Source: Bacteroidia bacterium
GTDB taxonomy: Bacteria; Bacteroidota; Bacteroidia; NS11-12g; UBA955
Direction of reading: 5' to 3'
NCBI GenBank assembly: GCA_023653095.1
Contig: JAMNXP010000001.1
Location: 324,853-388,852, forward strand
Length of the DNA: 64,000 bases
Shown: piece by piece, positions 39,081 to 48,827 of the stretch
Position numbering within the stretch: position 1 is the first letter of the stretch
How the letters are laid out: every line of letters begins with the position of its first letter
The notes under the pieces: model-generated
What the model was told of the DNA's origin: nothing
Seen by the model: the letters and a program-made list of their open reading frames with translations, nothing else
Databases searched by the model: none
Made by a program: the position numbers and the translations under genes

Positions 39081-39266
39081 TTACGCTTCGTTTCTACCCT
39101 TCATCACCTTAACACCGCGATACATACCTGTTTCGAGGTTAACACGGTGATAAAGAGAGATATCTCCAGTAACCGGATCTGCAATCATAGGACGAACTTC
39201 TAACTTATCATGAGTACGACGTTTGTCTCTTCTAGTCTTGGATATTTTTCGTTTAGGATGTGCCAT
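39081..39266 (-). CDS. rpmF: 50S ribosomal protein L32
   Basis: [20 protein letters not shown]-terminus; 61 aa. Confidence 0.9.
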   Translation of the reverse strand: MAHPKRKISKTRRDKRRTHDKLEVRPMIADPVTGDISLYHRVNLETGMYRGVKVMKGRNEA

Positions 39267-39275
39267 AATTCTATT

Positions 39276-39824
39276 TTATTTCTCTTTATTATTTAATAAT
39301 TGTTTTAACTTTTCCCATCTTGGATCTACGCTTTCCTCTAAATTGTCTCTATTCTGATTAATGATACGAGTAACCGAATCATCACAACTTTTATTTTCAA
39401 GTGTTTCACAAGATTTTACCATTGGAATACAAGGTAAAAACGACTCATAAATACTTGAAGCTAGATTCAATTCAAAATCTGAAGAGCGTAAATAAATCAA
39501 TTGTAAGTTAATGTCATCATTTGATACTGTTTCAACTTCACTGGAATTCATGTGAGCAATTACCTTAAAATCAGGCTTCACATTAAAATTCACAGAATTC
39601 AAACATCTATCACATGTAGATATCAAAGACCCCTCACCCTTAAGATCAATAACGAGCATTGAATCACTCTTTGTTATTAATGCAAAAAACGTAACAGAAG
39701 CACCCCTTATTTCTTGATTTCCAAAATATTCAAAGAACGTATCGTTAACTTCATATGTAAATTGATGCTCACCATTTGGTAGTTTGACAAAGGTCAAATT
39801 GAAATAGTTCAAATCAAAGGACAT
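39276..39824 (-). CDS. YceD/DUF177 family protein
   Basis: It occupies the conserved position upstream of rpmF and has a CDRCL-type Cys motif (STCDRCLNSV). The probable start is MSFDLNYF at 39824; the track starts at 39878. Confidence 0.7.
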   Translation of the reverse strand: MSFDLNYFNLTFVKLPNGEHQFTYEVNDTFFEYFGNQEIRGASVTFFALITKSDSMLVIDLKGEGSLISTCDRCLNSVNFNVKPDFKVIAHMNSSEVETVSNDDINLQLIYLRSSDFELNLASSIYESFLPCIPMVKSCETLENKSCDDSVTRIINQNRDNLEESVDPRWEKLKQLLNNKEK

Positions 39825-39884
39825 ATCGATAAACGAAGCGCAAAGATAATGCTTATTTTCTAAATACACAACGCTCACTTATAC

Positions 39885-39911
39885 AAAAGAAAAAGGCCTC
39901 TTTTTGAGGCC
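39885..39911 (-). terminator. rho-independent terminator after gldN
   Basis: The minus strand reads GGCCTC-aaaaa-GAGGCC-tttttctttt, 32 nt after the gldN stop. Confidence 0.6.
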
Positions 39912-39942
39912 CTTTCTATGTACTTTTCAAAATTTTATTAGA

Positions 39943-41019
39943 TTAATACTCCCAAAGATCGTGTTCAAAAATGAATAAGTCATTTTTGATCTTCTCAGCT
40001 TCTAGTAGAACAGCAACTCCATCATCTTTAAAATCAACTTTACTTGAAATGTAAAGATCATCATAGTCTGTTTGTTTTACTACGTAACTGTCAAACAAAC
40101 GATGCAAATTTAGTTGTTGATCCCAATTTAAACGCATAGCATCATTGTATCTATTGAAAACTTGGGATTTAGCTAGCGTAGGACGGCAATCGTCCATCAG
40201 CAACCAAAAAGGCTTACTTTCCCCAACTTGTTTCTTTTGTGTAGTTCCATCTGGTAATTGCACATCAATTACTTCAGGTTTGATGGGAGCGATACCAATA
40301 ATGATAGGTTTCATTTCACCGTGTTTATAGTCAAACACCCAATCTTCCATGATTTCAAATTTCTTGATGTCATAATATTTGAATGTCACCACAACCATAG
40401 AATCGACATAATCATCTGCAGTAGCTTCCTCAGCAGCTATACCAGGAGCTAATACAGGAACTTTGTCTAAACTAGAAACAATTTCCAGAATCTTTTCTGG
40501 AGTAACAACTCTCCTGAACGAATCGTTCGCATAAGCTCTAACTAAACCTTTAGTACCTAATTCCCAAAATACTTGGGTAATAGGACTTCTTGGCCAAGTC
40601 CAGTTCTTATTAAGCTTTTGGCGTAAATCAATTACTCTCCAAACTCTTTTTCTGAACTTAACATCAGCCTGACGAAGATAAGGTCTACGAATCAAGAGTG
40701 AATCTCCTTGTACAAGAGAAAGGTTTGTATCTTGATTGACGTACTCAGGCTCATAATGTGCTTGAGGTGCATCATCGTAGTGTGTACCAATTGCTTCAAT
40801 TACAACCTTTGGCGCTTCTGTAGGTTGTGAAGTTGGTGTAGAAGCGGATGAAGATCCAAGATTCACTTCCTTGTTTGTGGATTTCCCACCTTTACCAGTT
40901 ATAGTTTTCTTTGGTTCATCTTCACCACTACCCCATCCACCGCCCCAATCTTGGGCGCTCAATGGTAAACTAGTACTTACTAGTCCTAAAATTAAAGCTA
41001 TGCGAAAAATCTTTTTCAT
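39943..41019 (-). CDS. gldN: gliding motility / T9SS periplasmic ring protein GldN (PorN)
   Basis: Signal peptide, position directly after gldM, and family-like body (RKRVWRVIDLRQKLN, FWELGTKGLV). The N-terminus carries a Gly/Ser/Thr-rich low-complexity insert. Confidence 0.85.
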   Translation of the reverse strand: MKKIFRIALILGLVSTSLPLSAQDWGGGWGSGEDEPKKTITGKGGKSTNKEVNLGSSSASTPTSQPTEAPKVVIEAIGTHYDDAPQAHYEPEYVNQDTNLSLVQGDSLLIRRPYLRQADVKFRKRVWRVIDLRQKLNKNWTWPRSPITQVFWELGTKGLVRAYANDSFRRVVTPEKILEIVSSLDKVPVLAPGIAAEEATADDYVDSMVVVTFKYYDIKKFEIMEDWVFDYKHGEMKPIIIGIAPIKPEVIDVQLPDGTTQKKQVGESKPFWLLMDDCRPTLAKSQVFNRYNDAMRLNWDQQLNLHRLFDSYVVKQTDYDDLYISSKVDFKDDGVAVLLEAEKIKNDLFIFEHDLWEY

Positions 41020-41023
41020 ATAA

Positions 41024-42787
41024 TTATTTTACTTGTGCACTTGCGTTATCAAGTAGACGACTTGTTCCATCAGGACCTACAGCTGTAATATCGGTAAATG
41101 TCATCAAATCACCTGAACCTAACATTCCTAGAATACCTTTTACAGGCTCTAAACTAGCTGAGCTACTTTTAGCGAAACGAGGTCCATTTGTTCTACGACC
41201 AACAGCCATGAATTTATAACCAGTTACTTTAAACTTAACTCCTTCGTATACGAAACCATCTAGAACTGCCGTAGCCGCTTGTTGATACTTCAAGGCTTCT
41301 AAAGAAACAGAACCTTTAAATTCAACACCACCACAACGGAAACGTGGATCTGGAACTCGATTCACTTTGAACACCTTCTCACCCATAGATTTTACTCTAC
41401 CATCAGGAAGTTTCACTGCAACTTGAATCTTAACTTTAGCATCTTGACGGCTTGGTACACTTACAGAATACTTACCTTTAGATCCAACAATCTTTGCATT
41501 GGTAGGACCGTCTTTTTCATTAACGACACGAACCAAATACTGTGATGGGTCTATTCCACCAACCGATACTGACACTGGATTTTCTAAACCGACATAGAAC
41601 ACAGCCAATGCATCTGCAGAAATTGCAGCAGATGGAGCAAAAGCAGTGAATTCAGCTTTAGCGTCTATAGATTCAGAACCACCACCTGGTTTAGGAACAA
41701 CTATCTTCACAGACATATTGTTGGTCCCGGGAGATTGCGGGGTAACTTTATATTTACCTACACCTGCCTCAACAGGAATACTGTTTCCATTAACAAAAAC
41801 TTGCATTTGGGCTTTCGAGTTATACGCTGCCAATAAAATATCAGCTTCATAAGTCTGTCCGGTAACCACCGCTCCTGTTTTAGCAGATACTACCGGAATG
41901 ATAGCATCAAATTTAAAATCGGCAGCACTGACTGATTCAGCAAGAGTTTGACAAATTTCAGATTCTAACAATTTTGCATCATTCTCAATCTTTGACATGA
42001 TTGCAAATACCGCAGCCAAAGGGGTACTGTGCATGTATACTTCAGCCCAATTTAACTCTTTGCCTTCATGATCTTTGATTTTACCTGATTTGTTAGAAAG
42101 TGGATCTTTCACATCACCCGCCAACAAAGAAGTCTTTTGAGAAATCTCAGTTAACTTACTTTTAAGGAAAGAAACTGTCTCAGGATTTTTACCTAAATTA
42201 GGGTCCTTTGATGCCTTATTTAAAAGGTCTAATAACTTAGCTCGAGTATCATTAATTGCAAATTCAAGATCTTTACCACGTTTGCCCGCTAACTCCTCAT
42301 TGAAATAACGAACGTGATCATCTAAATTGTCACCTGATTTTAATTCGGGCATCTCACCTGATTTTGTTTCTGCCCATGGATAAGCTTTAAAGAATTTAAA
42401 TTCGTTTTTCTTCTCCTCATCAATATTGAAAGCATCTACAGGGTTTAGTTCAGTCTGTTTAGGATCAGTTGCACCCAATGAATATCTCAATAAATCTGTT
42501 TTAATGGTATGAATACTTTCAACAAAACCTTTAGTGATTGTGATCGCATTATTGGTAAGCTTTAGCGCTGAAGCCGCAGCCACATTCTCCCCTGACAATT
42601 TCTGCAAGCTCTCAACCATTTTCACTGTCTTTAAGTCAATATTTGCCGTTGACTTCTTAAGTGAATTGTCGATTACCGTAAATGCCAGCAAGATTTCTTT
42701 TGTAACGTTCAACGCCAAAAGAGCAGTCAACACGAGATACATCATGTTGATCATCTTCTGACGTGGACTTTGTTTTCCACCTGCCAT
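41024..42787 (-). CDS. gldM: gliding motility / T9SS motor-associated protein GldM (PorM)
   Basis: MAGGKQSPRQKMINMMYLVLTALLALNV is the hallmark N-terminus with its TM segment. C-terminal Ig-like domains follow. 587 aa. Confidence 0.9.
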   Translation of the reverse strand: MAGGKQSPRQKMINMMYLVLTALLALNVTKEILLAFTVIDNSLKKSTANIDLKTVKMVESLQKLSGENVAAASALKLTNNAITITKGFVESIHTIKTDLLRYSLGATDPKQTELNPVDAFNIDEEKKNEFKFFKAYPWAETKSGEMPELKSGDNLDDHVRYFNEELAGKRGKDLEFAINDTRAKLLDLLNKASKDPNLGKNPETVSFLKSKLTEISQKTSLLAGDVKDPLSNKSGKIKDHEGKELNWAEVYMHSTPLAAVFAIMSKIENDAKLLESEICQTLAESVSAADFKFDAIIPVVSAKTGAVVTGQTYEADILLAAYNSKAQMQVFVNGNSIPVEAGVGKYKVTPQSPGTNNMSVKIVVPKPGGGSESIDAKAEFTAFAPSAAISADALAVFYVGLENPVSVSVGGIDPSQYLVRVVNEKDGPTNAKIVGSKGKYSVSVPSRQDAKVKIQVAVKLPDGRVKSMGEKVFKVNRVPDPRFRCGGVEFKGSVSLEALKYQQAATAVLDGFVYEGVKFKVTGYKFMAVGRRTNGPRFAKSSSASLEPVKGILGMLGSGDLMTFTDITAVGPDGTSRLLDNASAQVK

Positions 42788-42829
42788 TTCTTCTTAGATT
42801 ATTTTAATTTAATATAAGGTTGGAATTTA

Positions 42830-43486
42830 TTACTTGTTGCCGCCCATAGCGCTCAACATATTGCCATAAATGTTGTTCAAGTTTGACAAATTCTTGTTCA
42901 AATCTTCGATTTCAGATTTGAATTGTGCTGTAGCATGTTCAGTTGCTGTAATGTTACTTAAGACACCAGAAAGACTACTAGAGAATGAACCTAAAGAATC
43001 TGATACAACTGCTGAACTTTCTGAAATGCTGTTCATGTTAGCTGCTGCCTTATTTGCGCTTTCAGCGTATTCATTAGTTGCTACTGCCGCACTTGACATA
43101 CTTGCCATGTCTTTTACATTAGTGCTCAAAGACTGAAGTCCAGTACCAAGGCTTTCAATCAACTCAGGACCTACCTTAGCCTGAGCCAACATGCTGTCTA
43201 ATTGTTGAGAAACGCTGCTACCTGCTGATGATTTTCTTGCAGTTGGCTCGCCACCTGCTAATTCTGGATATACTAATGTCCAATCTGGTTCTGAATGTAC
43301 TGGTTCAAATGCAGAGATTGCGAAAATTGCTGCTTCAGTCAAAAGACCTACTGACAACATAAAGTTCGCACCTGCTAAGTGCAAAATTTTGAAAAGTGCT
43401 CCTACAATAACGATTGCCGCACCGAAACCATAAACGAAGTTCATGGTTGTCTTCCACTTCTTTGATTCAAAAAAACTTTTGCTCAT
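42830..43486 (-). CDS. gldL: gliding motility / T9SS motor protein GldL (PorL)
   Basis: Two N-terminal TM helices with the conserved Glu (GAAIVIVGALFKILH; LLTEAAIFAISAFEP); 218 aa. Confidence 0.9.
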   Translation of the reverse strand: MSKSFFESKKWKTTMNFVYGFGAAIVIVGALFKILHLAGANFMLSVGLLTEAAIFAISAFEPVHSEPDWTLVYPELAGGEPTARKSSAGSSVSQQLDSMLAQAKVGPELIESLGTGLQSLSTNVKDMASMSSAAVATNEYAESANKAAANMNSISESSAVVSDSLGSFSSSLSGVLSNITATEHATAQFKSEIEDLNKNLSNLNNIYGNMLSAMGGNK

Positions 43487-43532
43487 TTTAATTTTTAATT
43501 AGTTTGGTTATTTTGTTTTAGTTGTTATTTAA

Positions 43533-45050
43533 TTATTTGCTGTCTAGGTTAGAACGTCCGATGTATTCTTGTACACAACGAAATCCAACATAACATTTGC
43601 TTGTATCCTGATATTCGTAAGTTCTTGCACCACACTCGATAAAGTAGCCTACGTCTTTCCAAGAACCGCCTCTAATTACTTTACGCTTACGAGAGATTGG
43701 GATTTTCTTGATTTTATCTTGTTCAGCAGCGTTCATAGAATGTTCTTTGATGTAAATGTCGTAGTTACCGTTTAAGTCATGTACAATTGAGTTGTTGGTT
43801 TCATCCCATGCTGTAGATGTCCATTCAGCAACGTTTCCTGACATATTGTATAATCCGAAATCATTAGGGAAATAAGAATCTACACGAACTGGATAAACAC
43901 CACCGTCACTTGCTCCATAATCGCCACGCATAGGTTTGAAGTTGGCAAGCATACAACCTTTGCTGTTTCTTGCATAAGGACCACCCCATGGGAATCTGTT
44001 TCCGATTCTTCCACCTCTAGCAGCATACTCCCACTCGTATTCAGTTGGCAATCTGAAGTCTTCTGTATTGGGAAGACCCATTTTAGACCAATAAGAAGTT
44101 TTTAATTTAGTTCTCCAATGACAGAAAGCTCTAGCTTGGGCCCAGTTAACACCTACTACAGGGTATTCATCGTATTTAGGGTGCCAGAAATAGTTTCTAG
44201 CCATTGGTTCGTTGAATGAGTAAGTGAAATCTCTGATCCAACAAAGAGTATCAGGATAAACTAAAACATCTTCGTCAACCAAAAACTCACTTCTGTTTTT
44301 AGGATTATACTTGTCTCTGTCTGTATTTGCTGCCAATACAAGATCAATCCACTGATAATGATAAACCAACTTACGAGTATCGATTTGACGTTTGAATTGG
44401 AAACGCTCGTTTCCTTGGTAACACATTTTTTGATACAGAATCGCATCGAAATTTTCACCACTCTTTGCACGGTATTTCCAATCTAATGGTTCATCATAAT
44501 TGATGAATTTCATTGGATTGCCGTCGTTATCAAAAGCGTTTGGATCATATTCAAGATCTTGATCATCGTCAATCCTAGAATAGAACAAAGCTGCTCCAGT
44601 TGCAGGTTCAGTAGGCTTTTTAGCAAGTTCTAAGTGCACACCTTCACCCGTTTCTTCGTTTAATATGGTACGAGCCAAAGAATCAATAACGAAGTCCACG
44701 AATTGGCGGTACTCGTTGTTAGTGATTTCGGTTTCATCCATCCAAAAACCAGAAATGGTCATTTGTTTGTTTGGTTCTAGGTAAGACTGAAATACGTCTT
44801 GGGTTCCTTGACCTGTATGGAAGGTTCCTGATTTAACATAAATCATTCCTGGAGGTTGTGGGTGAAACCAAGGACTTCTGCCTTGAACTCCGATCAGATC
44901 TCCTGTATCGCTAGGACAACCAGCGATAAACATGGAAACAGATACCATAGCGGCGTAAAAGAATTTGCCTTTACCTAATACACCAAGGTTGATGCTCCTA
45001 TTTTTCATTCTTGAAATGAAACCGTTCATTGGGTTTTTCATCATTATCAA
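43533..45050 (-). CDS. gldK: gliding motility / T9SS lipoprotein GldK (PorK), formylglycine-generating-enzyme fold
   Basis: Lipobox SMFIAGC and an FGE/sulfatase-modifying-factor-like body (GNVAEWT, RGGSW, VGFRCV). Several alternative Met starts lie between 45008 and 45050. Confidence 0.9.
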   Translation of the reverse strand: MIMMKNPMNGFISRMKNRSINLGVLGKGKFFYAAMVSVSMFIAGCPSDTGDLIGVQGRSPWFHPQPPGMIYVKSGTFHTGQGTQDVFQSYLEPNKQMTISGFWMDETEITNNEYRQFVDFVIDSLARTILNEETGEGVHLELAKKPTEPATGAALFYSRIDDDQDLEYDPNAFDNDGNPMKFINYDEPLDWKYRAKSGENFDAILYQKMCYQGNERFQFKRQIDTRKLVYHYQWIDLVLAANTDRDKYNPKNRSEFLVDEDVLVYPDTLCWIRDFTYSFNEPMARNYFWHPKYDEYPVVGVNWAQARAFCHWRTKLKTSYWSKMGLPNTEDFRLPTEYEWEYAARGGRIGNRFPWGGPYARNSKGCMLANFKPMRGDYGASDGGVYPVRVDSYFPNDFGLYNMSGNVAEWTSTAWDETNNSIVHDLNGNYDIYIKEHSMNAAEQDKIKKIPISRKRKVIRGGSWKDVGYFIECGARTYEYQDTSKCYVGFRCVQEYIGRSNLDSK

Positions 45051-45085
45051 TTTTTTCTTAATCAGATATTTTTATTCCGAAGTTG

Positions 45086-45115
45086 CAAAAATATGGATTT
45101 CGTTGAATTTTCCAA
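45086..45115 (-). promoter_or_regulatory. Bacteroidota sigma-A-type promoter for gldKLMN
   Basis: The minus strand reads TTG (45115-45113), N19, then TATTTTTG (45093-45086; perfect TAnnTTTG). It ends 35 nt upstream of the first gldK ATG. Confidence 0.4.
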
Positions 45116-45177
45116 GTTTTTGAACCTTTCAATATTTCTTAACGTAAATTTTAAATGTTTATTGTGTGTGGATAACA

Positions 45178-46311
45178 TTAATCAGATTTAGGGTCACGAA
45201 TCATGTAACGTGGGTGACGATAAATCTTTGGTGGACGATCAGGAAGCTCAAAATTAAAGCAATAGTTTACTTGAATTTCATGAGTTCCGTAACTTGTTCT
45301 ATATACATTAGATAATGTGATATCATAAGAATAACCCACGCGCAAATTGCTTCTTTCGGCCATAGCTCCAGAGGGTAATGGAACATAATAACCCAACATT
45401 AAACTCAATGCGTCTAGACCAGCACCGTATCCACGAAGGTTCAATCCGCCTGAATACAATGAGTTCCATGTAACCATTCCTTGAAGATCAAGTTCGGGCT
45501 TGATAAAACCACCGTTCTCTCCCATTGCCGATTTTAGCATAAAAGCGGGTTCTAAAGTTAAAGCGCCGTTGCCTAAAAAATTTTCTTGTTTGTATCCGCC
45601 CATAACATATAAGTGACGTGCCGTAGTCACTTTAATATTGCCACTAGAACCGTATTGAAAAGTTTGCGGTACCAAATGGGTCAATGAAACGCCCGCCCAT
45701 GCACCGTCCATAATGTTTGGATTTTGATAATATGCACCGGCACCAAAAGTAACACGGGTATCTGCGACTCTAGCATCGGGGATAAATGGATCATTGGGAT
45801 CATGGTATCTGAGCTTAGAACCATCTAATGCCTTTGACAATGAAGTGAATTCAAGTCCTAAGCGAATATCAGAACCATCAGGCAAGGTATATGCTCCTGA
45901 AAACCCACCTCTCATGTAGGTATTCTCTTCGTAAGCAATGTTATCTTGCATAAAAGCACCGTACAATCCACCAATATTAATTTTTTCACCTTTAATATTC
46001 AGGGTTATGGGAGCACTGAAACCGATACCTGTGGTTTGAGGAGCTATATTGTTGACGAAATCCTCATTAATAGGAGTACCTCTCTTAGTTTTTATGCTAG
46101 AGGTTTGATCTTCATAACCAATCCATTGTTGATGGTTGATTGCATTCAGACAGAAATTACCAGAAGCACCAGCGTATGCTGGATTAAAAAGTAATCTGTT
46201 ATATGCAAAATGGGTAAAGTTAGGGTCCTGTTGGGCCCTCACATTAGATGCAACTAGCATAAAAGCTGCCCCTATCCATAGTTTGTAGTTTCTCATCGTC
46301 AATCTGCGCAT
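45178..46311 (-). CDS. porP: T9SS membrane protein PorP/SprF family
   Basis: AQQDPNFTHFAYNRLLFNPAYAG is the family's N-terminal signature; the barrel-like body ends in IQVNYCF. The start is likely at 46311 or 46296 rather than the track's 46359. Confidence 0.85.
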   Translation of the reverse strand: MRRLTMRNYKLWIGAAFMLVASNVRAQQDPNFTHFAYNRLLFNPAYAGASGNFCLNAINHQQWIGYEDQTSSIKTKRGTPINEDFVNNIAPQTTGIGFSAPITLNIKGEKINIGGLYGAFMQDNIAYEENTYMRGGFSGAYTLPDGSDIRLGLEFTSLSKALDGSKLRYHDPNDPFIPDARVADTRVTFGAGAYYQNPNIMDGAWAGVSLTHLVPQTFQYGSSGNIKVTTARHLYVMGGYKQENFLGNGALTLEPAFMLKSAMGENGGFIKPELDLQGMVTWNSLYSGGLNLRGYGAGLDALSLMLGYYVPLPSGAMAERSNLRVGYSYDITLSNVYRTSYGTHEIQVNYCFNFELPDRPPKIYRHPRYMIRDPKSD

Positions 46312-46472
46312 GATTTCCGTAACAATTTCAAATATGAGCCAAATACTACACTTTAACAAATATTTTTTGAAACTCGTCGCAAAAAACAGTGTGGATTACA
46401 AGAGCATAACTCATTAAACTGTCTAATATATAAATCACCATATTTGTAGACATAACTAAAAATAAATATAGT

Positions 46473-47828
46473 ATGCCCAATATATTAGTGATTGATGATG
46501 AAGCACCTATCAGAGAAACGTTGAAGGAAATCCTTGAATATGAGAACTTTGAAGTGACATTGGCTGAGAATGGTGAAAAAGCCTGGCAAATCATTCAAAA
46601 AAATGACTTCGATGTGATTTTATGTGATGTAAAGATGCCGGGTATAGATGGTGTCGAATTGTTAGAAAGAGTTCAAGCCCTCAAGCCAGAAATTCCTATG
46701 GTTATGATTTCCGGACACGGAAATGTGGAAATGGCTATAGAGAGTACAAAAAAAGGTGCCTATGATTTCATCACCAAGCCACCAGATTTAAATAGGTTAT
46801 TAATCACATTAAGAAACGCTATTGATCGAAATAACTTGGTGGTTGAGACAGCTGTTCTTAAAAGAAAAGTAGCCAAGACCTTTGATATCATCGGAGAAAC
46901 TCCTGCCATTCAGAAAATTAAAGAGACCATTGAAAAGGTTGCTCCAACAGAAGCTAGGGTTTTGGTTACAGGTGAAAACGGTACAGGAAAAGAATTGGTT
47001 GCCAGATGGATTCACGAAAAAAGCACACGTGCAAGTATGCCATTAATTGAAGTTAACTGTGCTAGTATTCCAACTGAACTGATTGAAAGTGAACTTTTTG
47101 GACATGAAAAAGGCAGCTTTACATCCGCCATAAAGCAAAGAATAGGAAAGTTTGAGCAAGCCCATGGTGGAACCTTATTTCTCGATGAAATAGGTGATAT
47201 GAGTATGGCAGCACAAGCGAAAGTTCTGAGAGCCATACAAGAAGGAAGAATTTCAAGAGTAGGTGGCGATAAAGAAATTAAAGTGGATGTGAGAATAGTT
47301 GCTGCAACCAATAAAAATTTACTGGATGAGATTGAAAAGGGTAACTTTAGAATGGATTTATACCATAGATTGTCGGTGATATTGATTCATGTGCCCACAC
47401 TCAATGAAAGAGTAGATGATATTCCATTGATTGCAAATAAGTTTTTAGGTGAAATTTGTCAAGAAAATGGGCTCCTTGGAAAGAAATTCACCGAAGACGG
47501 TTACCGGGCCTTGCAAGATGTAAATTGGTCTGGAAATATTAGAGAACTGCGAAACGTTGTTGAGCGATTGGTTATTCTCTGTGATAAAGAAATCACAGGC
47601 GATGATGTATACTCATACAGTAATCCTGCCCAAAGAGGTTCCGACCCTTTTGGCGTAGTAGACAATTATGCAACGCTTCAAGATTTCAGAGATTGGGCAG
47701 AAAAAGTATTCATTGAGCGCAAGCTTATCCAAAATAACTGGAATGTTGCAAAGACCGCCACTGAAATTGATATTCAGCGCAGTCACCTTTACAATAAAAT
47801 TGACAAATACACCTTAAAACGGAGATAA
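46473..47828 (+). CDS. sigma-54-dependent Fis-family response regulator (NtrC-like enhancer-binding protein)
   Basis: Receiver domain (ILVIDDE...DVILCDVKMPGIDG), AAA+ domain (VLVTGENGTGKE, ESELFGHEKGSFTSA, GGTLFLDEIGDM), and a C-terminal Fis-type HTH (NWNVAKTATEIDIQRSHLYNKI). Confidence 0.9.
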   Translation: MPNILVIDDEAPIRETLKEILEYENFEVTLAENGEKAWQIIQKNDFDVILCDVKMPGIDGVELLERVQALKPEIPMVMISGHGNVEMAIESTKKGAYDFITKPPDLNRLLITLRNAIDRNNLVVETAVLKRKVAKTFDIIGETPAIQKIKETIEKVAPTEARVLVTGENGTGKELVARWIHEKSTRASMPLIEVNCASIPTELIESELFGHEKGSFTSAIKQRIGKFEQAHGGTLFLDEIGDMSMAAQAKVLRAIQEGRISRVGGDKEIKVDVRIVAATNKNLLDEIEKGNFRMDLYHRLSVILIHVPTLNERVDDIPLIANKFLGEICQENGLLGKKFTEDGYRALQDVNWSGNIRELRNVVERLVILCDKEITGDDVYSYSNPAQRGSDPFGVVDNYATLQDFRDWAEKVFIERKLIQNNWNVAKTATEIDIQRSHLYNKIDKYTLKRR

Positions 47829-48827
47829 TTGGGTTTGATAAAGCCAACAAACATAGGCACAGATATTTTTAAAGCTGCTGAATTCCTTCGAAACAATGAA
47901 ACGGTGGCAATTCCCACTGAAACAGTATATGGGTTGGCAGCCAATGCTTTGAATGAAGAGGCTGTCGCTAAAATTTTCGAGGTGAAAAACAGGCCGTTTT
48001 TTGATCCGTTGATTGTTCACATCAAAAACGTTAGCCAAATATCCCTATATGCTCGTGATGTTCCAAATTTAGCGCTGCAGTTAGCTGAAGAATTTTGGCC
48101 TGGGCCGCTTACATTGGTCCTTAAAAAACAAGGCATTGTACCTGATCTTGTTACTTCGGGTGGAGATACAGTTGCCTTGAGAATGCCAAATAATGAAATG
48201 ACTTTGGAACTTTTGAACAAGTTAGATTTTCCCTTAGCTGCGCCCAGTGCAAACCCCTTTACCTACGTTTCACCCACTTCTGCTGCTCATGTTTTGGATC
48301 AATTGGATGGTAAAATTCCTTATATATTAGACGGTGGAAACTGCCAAGTTGGTATTGAATCTACTATTGTGAGAGTTTTGGAAGATACCATCGAAATATT
48401 GAGGCCAGGTGGTATATCAGAAGATGCTTTGAGAGATTTTCTGCCTGATGTAAATGTCGTTGAATTTCAAGAAATTACATCCTCTCCTATTTCTGCTCCA
48501 GGTCAATTGGAACATCATTATTCACCCTTTTGTAAATTATACCCTGCAGAAATTTATTCCCAATTGAATGTCAGCATAGATGCAGTCATTTATTGGAGCA
48601 AAGATTCGAAGAAAAAATCAAACTCAACCATGGAAGCATTTTACTTAACTGAAGATGGCAATTTCCTCGAAGGGAGTAAAAACCTGTTCGCATTGTTGCG
48701 CAGGCTAGATAAAGAAAACTTTAATAATGTGTTATTTGAATGGGCTCCAAACGAGAATTTGGGTGTTGCGATTAATGATCGACTCAAGCGCGCGAGCGCA
48801 AAAAGGGTATCAATAATCAAAGATTAG
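47829..48827 (+). CDS. tsaC: L-threonylcarbamoyladenylate synthase (Sua5/YwlC-type, YrdC domain plus Sua5 C-domain)
   Basis: VAIPTETVYGLAANA, RPFFDPLIVH, GPLTLVL, APSANPF. The start codon is uncertain (TTG at 47829 or 47835). Confidence 0.85.
   Translation: MGLIKPTNIGTDIFKAAEFLRNNETVAIPTETVYGLAANALNEEAVAKIFEVKNRPFFDPLIVHIKNVSQISLYARDVPNLALQLAEEFWPGPLTLVLKKQGIVPDLVTSGGDTVALRMPNNEMTLELLNKLDFPLAAPSANPFTYVSPTSAAHVLDQLDGKIPYILDGGNCQVGIESTIVRVLEDTIEILRPGGISEDALRDFLPDVNVVEFQEITSSPISAPGQLEHHYSPFCKLYPAEIYSQLNVSIDAVIYWSKDSKKKSNSTMEAFYLTEDGNFLEGSKNLFALLRRLDKENFNNVLFEWAPNENLGVAINDRLKRASAKRVSIIKD

Noticed and set aside
46322-46343. Possible sigma-54 element TGGCTC-atat-TTGA upstream of porP
   Set aside because: The -24 hexamer is mismatched, the spacing is off by one, and the -12 GC is missing. 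It is no better than chance in AT-rich DNA.
46346-46594. 82-aa minus-strand ORF spanning the porP/EBP intergenic region and the first 120 nt of the EBP gene
   Set aside because: It overlaps a confidently called receiver domain on the other strand, and its sequence has no recognisable features.
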